DNA of 32,000 nucleotides from Gammaproteobacteria bacterium (GTDB lineage Bacteria; Pseudomonadota; Gammaproteobacteria; JBIOEC01): NCBI GenBank assembly GCA_965279305.1, contig OZ257143.1, positions 450,001 to 482,000 of the forward strand, read 5' to 3'. Shown piece by piece: positions 25,808 to 32,000 of this stretch (position 1 is its first letter; each line of letters starts with the position of its first letter). The notes under the pieces were generated by a model. It saw only the letters and a program-made list of their open reading frames with translations, ran no database searches and was not told where the DNA came from. The position numbers and the translations under genes were made by a program.

Positions 25808-26491
25808 TTACTTCAGCGCTTTTCTCATATGATTAATAGTTTTTTCGTAATCATTGCTGGAAAATATTGCAGAGCCCGCCACAAATGTATCGGCACCCGC
25901 GTGAGCAATGGCTTTAATATTATCAGCGTTTACGCCACCATCCACTTCTAAACGAATATCTCTACCGTAAGATTTAATCAAATCGCGAGCGGCTTTTATT
26001 TTATTTAAAGTTTCGGGAATAAATTTCTGACCACCAAACCCTGGGTTCACGGACATAATCAAAATCATATCTAACTCATCCATCACATGATCTAACACAT
26101 TTAAAGGCGTTGCTGGATTTAACACTAATCCGGGTAAGCAGCCTTGATCTCTAATTAACTGAATAGTGCGATGAACATGCTCAGACGCTTCGGGATGAAA
26201 GGTAATATAAGTAGCGCCGGCCTTAGCAAATTGTGCTACCAGGCTATCGACAGGCTTTACCATTAAATGTACATCGATAGGTGCTTCAATACCATATTCG
26301 CGTAATGCTTGGCATACCATGGGCCCTACCGTTAAATTTGGCACATAATGATTATCCATCACATCAAAATGCACCCAATCAGCGCCTGCTTCGAGCACTT
26401 GAGCGGTTTCTTCACCCAAACGTGCAAAATCGGCTGATAAAATTGATGCCGCAATAACTGCTGATCCCGCTTTCTTTTTTAGAAAAGCCAT
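25808..26491 (-). CDS. rpe: ribulose-phosphate 3-epimerase
   Basis: [37 protein letters not shown] and VDGG motifs. I place the start at ATG 26491 with a GAGGAA SD. The track start at 26515 is a TTG. Confidence 0.9.
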   Translation of the reverse strand: MAFLKKKAGSAVIAASILSADFARLGEETAQVLEAGADWVHFDVMDNHYVPNLTVGPMVCQALREYGIEAPIDVHLMVKPVDSLVAQFAKAGATYITFHPEASEHVHRTIQLIRDQGCLPGLVLNPATPLNVLDHVMDELDMILIMSVNPGFGGQKFIPETLNKIKAARDLIKSYGRDIRLEVDGGVNADNIKAIAHAGADTFVAGSAIFSSNDYEKTINHMRKALK

Positions 26492-26541
26492 GATGATATT
26501 CCTCTTTCTTTGCAAACTTTAGGGTATAAGCTCCTGTGTAT

Positions 26542-26550
26542 AATATAGCA
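26542..26550 (-). promoter_or_regulatory. extended -10 promoter candidate for rpe
   Basis: The minus strand reads TGCTATATT (TGn + TATATT) at 26550..26542, about 50 nt upstream of the rpe ATG. No convincing -35. Confidence 0.3.
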
Positions 26551-26572
26551 TACTGCTCTGTAGGTTACGGCA

Positions 26573-27256
26573 CTATTGCTTTTTCGCGCCTGTAATAGTC
26601 CTATTTAACTCTTCCCAAGAATCAACGGTGCCAACATCGTTAAATTCACCCTCATATTTTTCTGCGCTAATAGTGTTGGCTTTAATAGCTGATTCTAATA
26701 AAGGTCTTAAAAAAACTTTTCCTGATGTATGCCCTTTGAAAAACTCAGGTGTATAAATACCCATGCCGCTATAAGTAAACTTAGGTTTTACGCCATCGGA
26801 TATTAACCGATCCCCTTCAATGCCAAAATCGCCTTCTGGATGCCTAGCTAAATTATTCACTAACACAATATGTGCTAGCGTATTTAATTGATGCGCCTTT
26901 TTAACTAATTTTTCAAACGGATAATCAGTCCATATATCTCCGTTAATAATAATAAAAGGATCATTTCCCAATAATGGTAAAGCGTTAATAATTCCGCCGC
27001 CTACTTCTAAAGGTTCAGATTCTTCAGAATAGTTAATATGCACACCCCACTTTTCTCCCTCACCTAATACCTGTTTTATTTTTTCGCCTAAATAAGAAAT
27101 ATTAATAACAATTTCAAAAATACCCGCTTTAGCTAATTTCTCAATGGTATATTCAATTAAAGGTTTATCCGCAATAGGCACTAATGGTTTTGGAATGGTA
27201 TCGGTGATAGGACGCAAACGATTTCCACGTCCAGCTGCTAAAATCATCGCTTTCAT
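26573..27256 (-). CDS. murU: nucleotidyltransferase, MurNAc-alpha-1-phosphate uridylyltransferase-like
   Basis: 227 aa with the N-terminal MILAAGRGNRLRPITDTIPKPLVPI sugar-nucleotidyltransferase motif. The start follows the amgK-like stop with no gap. Confidence 0.7.
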   Translation of the reverse strand: MKAMILAAGRGNRLRPITDTIPKPLVPIADKPLIEYTIEKLAKAGIFEIVINISYLGEKIKQVLGEGEKWGVHINYSEESEPLEVGGGIINALPLLGNDPFIIINGDIWTDYPFEKLVKKAHQLNTLAHIVLVNNLARHPEGDFGIEGDRLISDGVKPKFTYSGMGIYTPEFFKGHTSGKVFLRPLLESAIKANTISAEKYEGEFNDVGTVDSWEELNRTITGAKKQ

Positions 27257-28270
27257 TTATTTACTCTCCACTACTAAGGCTGGCATTATTTTTTCATTCA
27301 ACACATCCACTAATACATTCGTATTAGAAAAATGCGCGCAAGATTCCATGACGTATCGTGCTACTCGCGGCACATCAGCCATATAACGTGGTTTTTTATC
27401 GCGATAACATAAGCGTGCAAAGCGCCCTAATACTTTAATTCCACGTTGCAAACTCATGCCATGAAACCAAGTATTAAACTCTGCTTCAGTCATATTTTTA
27501 TATTTCGGCTGCTGAATTAACTCTTTATAAAACTGGTGGATCCATCGCTCTACTCGTGGCCATGGCCATTCTATATATGCATCTCGAACCAGTGACACTA
27601 AATCATAAGTAATGGGACCTAAAAATAAATCTTGAAAATCAATAATGCCTGGATTATTTTCAACACAATATAATAAATTACGTGAATGATAATCTCTATG
27701 CACGCACACTTGCGGCTGTGCTTCCATATTTTCTAGCAATTCGGTAAATAATAATTTTAACGCTTTATCTTCTGTGCTAGTCAACGATAATTGAAGATGT
27801 TGTCCAAACAACCACTCCAACATATCGGTCATCTCTACGTAATATTCTTCCAGTTTCCATGGATAAATGGGAATAGAAAAATTCGATTCACAATTTTGTA
27901 GTTTAATTAAAGCGTGCATGGCATCGCCGTATAATTCATCAGCGTTATTGGGGGTGAGCACATCTGAATAAAGCGTTCTGGAGAGTTCATCCACTAATAA
28001 AAAGCCGCGATCTAAATCAGAAGCATAAATGGTAGGCACATGAAGTCCTGCACTGGCTAAGCCCCATGCTAGCGCTACAAATCGCGTGTTATCCACCACA
28101 TCATTAGGGCTATCCACCGCTAAATAGGTTTTATCCTCTCGTTCAATTCTAAAATACCGGCGAGGGCTGGCATCTCCTGTTAAGGGTTCCCAGGGAAGTG
28201 AAGATTGTTTGAGCTGTTCACTCGCCCATTGGTAAAGTAATTGCTGCCGAGTATCATCTTTCGTTATCAT
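27257..28270 (-). CDS. amgK: aminoglycoside-phosphotransferase-fold kinase, anomeric MurNAc/GlcNAc kinase-like
   Basis: Kinase catalytic loop VHRDYHSRNLL and IIDFQD. I place the start at ATG 28270 (MITKDD...); the track start at 28315 is a TTG. Divergent from lptD, as I recall for Pseudomonas amgK-murU. Confidence 0.7.
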   Translation of the reverse strand: MITKDDTRQQLLYQWASEQLKQSSLPWEPLTGDASPRRYFRIEREDKTYLAVDSPNDVVDNTRFVALAWGLASAGLHVPTIYASDLDRGFLLVDELSRTLYSDVLTPNNADELYGDAMHALIKLQNCESNFSIPIYPWKLEEYYVEMTDMLEWLFGQHLQLSLTSTEDKALKLLFTELLENMEAQPQVCVHRDYHSRNLLYCVENNPGIIDFQDLFLGPITYDLVSLVRDAYIEWPWPRVERWIHQFYKELIQQPKYKNMTEAEFNTWFHGMSLQRGIKVLGRFARLCYRDKKPRYMADVPRVARYVMESCAHFSNTNVLVDVLNEKIMPALVVESK

Positions 28271-28332
28271 ACAGTGGAACCCATTCCCTATTTTGGTTAA
28301 GCTATACCATCTCAATTATATGGCATTGTCTT

Positions 28333-30861
28333 GTGAAAACAAAAGAGTTAGCTAACTTCTTTCGCGCACTGTCTCCAAGGACTCGGATATTTTATCTCCT
28401 AATGAGTGCTATTGGATACTCGTCAGCGGCTATTTCTTTGCCTATCACAACTCCATCGCTAGTCTATCAAGATACCTTTAGTGATTGGGTATACAACAGC
28501 AAAATGTCTGCCGCTTGCGGAGGTTATTACCAAGCTCCTCATTTTAACCCTTCTTCTTTAAATACCGAAGAAGCGCCTACTGACATCAGTGCCAATTATA
28601 GCTCGTTATCGTCTACAGGTAACTCTATGTTGAGTGGCAATGTATTAATTGAACGCCCTGATTTTCGTTTAACCGCTGAGCGTATTTCTTACTACCGTGA
28701 TCCTCAAACTAAAAAAGTAGAATATGCGAATGCAGAAGGAAATATTTTAGTAGAAGAACCTGAACATCGTTTTTTTGGTGAAGCAGCCTCTATTAATTTA
28801 TTAAAAAATGATTTAACCATCAAAGATAGTCAATTTCGATTATATTCAGCACATGCCAGAGGAACTGCCTCTGAAATTTACACTGAAAAAGATAAGCCCA
28901 TTTATTTAAGTGATGTTACCTATACCACCTGTGCACCCGATAGTAATGTATGGGAAGTACGCGCGAGCAGCGTGAGTTTAGATGAACCTAACAATAAAGG
29001 TGTGGCAAGAAATGCGTGGATATATATTAAAGATGTTCCTATTGCTTACACACCTTATCTTACATTTCCATTAACAAAAGAACGTAAATCCGGTTTATTG
29101 CCACCAACTTACGGAACATCTAATATTTCAGGATTAGAATTTGCAGTACCTTATTATTTTAATTTGGCACCTAATTATGATGCCACTACAACAGCGCATT
29201 GGTATAGTTTGCGCGGATGGCAAGCACAAGGTGAATTTCGTTATTTATTAAATAATAAGAATAGAGGAACGTTGTACGCTGAATGGGTTCCTGATGATAA
29301 AGCTTTTAATCATTTTCGCCAAGATAATTTAGAAGGATTTCCTCCTGCTAACGATCCACGCACGGAAGCATTAGAATCCGCCAATTCTAATCGACAAGCA
29401 GTTTTTTGGGAGCAGCAAGGCCTTATTTCATCTCAGTGGATTTATAATATTAATTGGGAATTTGTCTCTGACGATAATTATTTATCTGATTTAAGTCCGC
29501 CCTATTTTGATTTAAATAATAGAACACTAGAACGTGAACTTGAAACCGAATTTTATACTGAAAATTGGGCATGGTATGGCCGCGCATTAGATTATCAAAA
29601 CTTACAACCATTTGATGCTAGTATTCAGCAAGAATCTTACAATGTATTACCACAAGTATTTGCCGATGTAGAATATGATTTGGGGAACACTGGTTTACAT
29701 TATGGTTTTTTAGGCGAAGCTTCTGTATTCACGCATAATAATGAACTGTTTACTCATGAGCCCGTCACACAAGGTGAACGTTACGGACTTTCTCCTGAAG
29801 CAGGTTGGGAATGGAGACGTGCATATGGTTATGCAAAACCTCGTGTGCAATTATTTTATACGGCTTATGAATTAGATTTAGGCACTGAAGATGAATTAAT
29901 TGACGATCCCTCTAATCCTACACGTACACTTCCTATTGTAGATGTAGATACCGGTTTGTTTTTTGATCGCTCATTTAATTTTTTGGGAAGCAATTTTTCC
30001 CAGACCTTAGAGCCACGATTATTTTATTTATATGTACCCAATAAAAATCAAAATGATTTACCTAATTTTGATTCTGAGCTAATGGAATTTAATTACAACC
30101 AACTTTTTCGTATTAACCGATTTAGTGGATTCGATCGCATTGGTGACGCTAACCAGTTAAGTTATGCGGCCACTACGCGATTTATTAATACACAAACGGG
30201 TGCAGAGCGCTCTCGTTTTAGTATTGGTCAAATTGTTTATTTTGATGATAGACATGTGAGTATTTGCGATACTGATGCAGTTACACAGTGTATTGATACA
30301 GAAGATCCCACCAACACCCAAGAATTTTCACCTATTGTGGCAGAGCTTTATTATTACTTTACACAAAATTGGTCAGGGCTTATTGAAACCCAATGGAACC
30401 CCAGCGATGTTTCCCAATTAGAGCAGCAACGCGTTCAGGTCAATTACCGTGATGATGAAGGGCGGATGTTTAATTTAGGATATAGCTTTATTTATCAAGG
30501 GAACCCTGTGTCTGATGCCTCTCCTGGCAGCAGTCAAAATAACTTAGATCAAATTGACGGCGCGTTTGGCTGGCAAATACTGCCGCAATGGAAAGTATTA
30601 GCAGGTATTGAATATGATATTACCAATAACTTCTCGGTAGAAAATTTTGCAGGCGTAGAATATGAAAACTGCTGCTGGGCGATACGCGTAGGCGCTCAAA
30701 AATACTTAACCATTAATAGTAGTGAAGATTACCAGCAGTTTGATGAGCAGTATTTTATACAATTTAGCTTAAAAGGCCTGGCTTCTATTGGTAATAGCCC
30801 AGGCGGCCTATTTGCTGATGAATTGGCCGGCTATAGCGATACCTTCGGCACCCGCTACTAA
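28333..30861 (+). CDS. lptD: LPS-assembly outer membrane protein LptD
   Basis: 842 aa with a GTG start and an N-terminal OstA-like region (NSMLSGNVLIERPDFRLTAERI). Barrel region PYYFNLAPNYDATTTAHWYSLRGWQAQGEFRYL. Aromatic C-terminus (FGTRY). Followed by surA. Confidence 0.9.
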   Translation: MKTKELANFFRALSPRTRIFYLLMSAIGYSSAAISLPITTPSLVYQDTFSDWVYNSKMSAACGGYYQAPHFNPSSLNTEEAPTDISANYSSLSSTGNSMLSGNVLIERPDFRLTAERISYYRDPQTKKVEYANAEGNILVEEPEHRFFGEAASINLLKNDLTIKDSQFRLYSAHARGTASEIYTEKDKPIYLSDVTYTTCAPDSNVWEVRASSVSLDEPNNKGVARNAWIYIKDVPIAYTPYLTFPLTKERKSGLLPPTYGTSNISGLEFAVPYYFNLAPNYDATTTAHWYSLRGWQAQGEFRYLLNNKNRGTLYAEWVPDDKAFNHFRQDNLEGFPPANDPRTEALESANSNRQAVFWEQQGLISSQWIYNINWEFVSDDNYLSDLSPPYFDLNNRTLERELETEFYTENWAWYGRALDYQNLQPFDASIQQESYNVLPQVFADVEYDLGNTGLHYGFLGEASVFTHNNELFTHEPVTQGERYGLSPEAGWEWRRAYGYAKPRVQLFYTAYELDLGTEDELIDDPSNPTRTLPIVDVDTGLFFDRSFNFLGSNFSQTLEPRLFYLYVPNKNQNDLPNFDSELMEFNYNQLFRINRFSGFDRIGDANQLSYAATTRFINTQTGAERSRFSIGQIVYFDDRHVSICDTDAVTQCIDTEDPTNTQEFSPIVAELYYYFTQNWSGLIETQWNPSDVSQLEQQRVQVNYRDDEGRMFNLGYSFIYQGNPVSDASPGSSQNNLDQIDGAFGWQILPQWKVLAGIEYDITNNFSVENFAGVEYENCCWAIRVGAQKYLTINSSEDYQQFDEQYFIQFSLKGLASIGNSPGGLFADELAGYSDTFGTRY

Positions 30862-30951
30862 GCCCTAAAATCCGGTATTTCTCCCACCAGCCTTTGAGGT
30901 GGCGGGCAGATATGGTAAAATTACCCTACGTTTTTAATAAGTTGATTATTT

Positions 30952-32000
30952 ATGTCATTATCCAGACCGGTATTTAAACTTCTCTCTACCCTTATTTTAT
31001 CAGGCACCCTGCTCAGCGGTACCAGCTATGCCGACAGCATGGCTTTAGACAAAATCGTAGCAACGGTAGATACCGAAGTGATCACAGAAAATGAACTTGA
31101 TCGCCGCACCGACACCTGGAAGAAGCAGCTTGCTGCTCAAGGACAAACGGTTCCCGAACCTGGCTCTAAAGAAGAAATTGAGCTAAAAAAACAAGTACTG
31201 AACTTTTTGGTCGATGAACGCCTTCAATTGATGACCGCTGAAAAATACGGGATCACGGTAGAAGACCAAGATCTTAACCAAACCATTAATTCTATTGCAG
31301 CTCAAAATCAAATGGATATGGACGCCTTCAAAGAAGCGTTAAAATCAGAAGGCATGACTTATGAAAAATTCCAAAATGAATTGCGCCGCGATTTATTATT
31401 GAGCCGTTTGCAACAACAAATGGTGAATAGCCGCGTAGTAGTGAGCGATGAAGAAGTGGATGTGTTTATCAAAACCTCTAAACATTTACTGACGGCGAAT
31501 CAAGAATACCGCGCTAGACATATTTTAATTAGCTTACCGGAAGATCCTTCTGCTGCTGAAGTGGCCGCTGCGCAGAAAAAAGTAGAAATTATTCGCCAAC
31601 AATTAACTGAAGGTGATTCATTTGCAGAATTGGCGACCCAATATTCTTCTAGCTCTACTGCCGTTGAAGGTGGTGATTTAGGTTGGTCTAAAGAAGGCGA
31701 ACTACCCTCTTTATTTGCTAACGTAATTCCCAAACTAAAAATAAATGAAGTAGCAGGACCTATCAGAAATGATAGCGGTTTACATTTAGTCACTTTATCA
31801 GAAGTGCGTAGTGACGATTCTAAACAAGAAGTGCAACAAACACATGCAAAACATATTTTAATTAGAACCAATGAAATTGTGAACGATAACGAAGCGCGCT
31901 TCCGTTTAACCGAATTAAAAAATCGAGTGGCTGAAGGTGAAAGTTTTAATTCATTAGCACAAACTCATTCTGAAGATACAGTTAGTGCTAGCAAAGGCGG
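30952..32000 (+). CDS. surA: periplasmic chaperone / peptidyl-prolyl isomerase SurA, 3' end beyond window
   Basis: Not in the ORF track because there is no stop in the window. Hand translation from ATG 30952 gives MSLSRPVFKLLSTLILSGTLLSGTSYADSMALDKIVATVDTEVITENELDRR... It stays open to 32000 and contains the first parvulin domain (YRARHILISLPED...GGDLGW...GPIRNDSGLHLVTL) and the start of the second (HAKHILIRT). Confidence 0.9.
   Translation, partial: MSLSRPVFKLLSTLILSGTLLSGTSYADSMALDKIVATVDTEVITENELDRRTDTWKKQLAAQGQTVPEPGSKEEIELKKQVLNFLVDERLQLMTAEKYGITVEDQDLNQTINSIAAQNQMDMDAFKEALKSEGMTYEKFQNELRRDLLLSRLQQQMVNSRVVVSDEEVDVFIKTSKHLLTANQEYRARHILISLPEDPSAAEVAAAQKKVEIIRQQLTEGDSFAELATQYSSSSTAVEGGDLGWSKEGELPSLFANVIPKLKINEVAGPIRNDSGLHLVTLSEVRSDDSKQEVQQTHAKHILIRTNEIVNDNEARFRLTELKNRVAEGESFNSLAQTHSEDTVSASKG

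Noticed and set aside
1624-28315. Long N-terminal extensions in the ORF track for rdgB (1624), ppx (6079), gpsA (12543), rpoZ (17211), gmk (21584), rpe (26515) and amgK (28315)
   Set aside because: Several of these track starts are TTG codons shown as M. In each case an internal ATG with a good Shine-Dalgarno coincides with the conserved family N-terminus, and the extensions overlap neighbouring genes or promoters.
31500-31871. 123-aa minus-strand ORF near the right edge
   Set aside because: It lies entirely antisense to the surA reading frame, which has unmistakable parvulin-domain sequence.

Overview
This is an AT-rich, very gene-dense chromosomal window from a gammaproteobacterium. My tally of intergenic gaps gives about 1.27 kb non-coding, so roughly 96% is coding. 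I call 35 CDSs, two of them cut by the window edges. I found no rRNA, tRNA, CRISPR array, IS element or integrase. The backbone consists of classical gammaproteobacterial synteny blocks: proC-yggT-rdgB-hemW; trxA-folP-tpiA; gpmI-envC-ctpA divergent from yibN-grxC-secB-gpsA; gmk / rpoZ-spoT; rph ... pyrE; rpe; and amgK-murU divergent from lptD-surA. Every non-backbone gene sits at a junction between these blocks. (1) A eukaryotic-type F-box protein (3488-4147) has its own near-consensus promoter and a bidirectional terminator, and sits where secG would be expected after tpiA. (2) A secreted six-repeat Sel1 protein is appended to rpoZ-spoT. (3) A 3.7-kb opposite-strand insert splits gmk from rpoZ and carries an ABC exporter, an overlapping MHS-type MFS transporter and a BrnT/BrnA toxin-antitoxin pair. 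(4) A SAMHD1-like HD phosphohydrolase and an unrecognisable 215-aa orphan are attached to rph. The most promising candidates for new biology are the F-box module (its C-terminal ~170 aa match nothing I recognise) and the HD-plus-orphan pair. F-box plus Sel1 plus ProP-like MFS suggests a Legionellales-like intracellular lifestyle, but that is inference only. Smaller sequence-level observations are an 11-bp perfect stem-loop at the trxA/folP junction, a GC-rich palindromic element at 7151-7203, a hairpin motif shared between two intergenic sites, and several convergent gene pairs with 0-3 nt between stop codons. All family assignments come from motif recognition by eye. No searches or folding programs were run.
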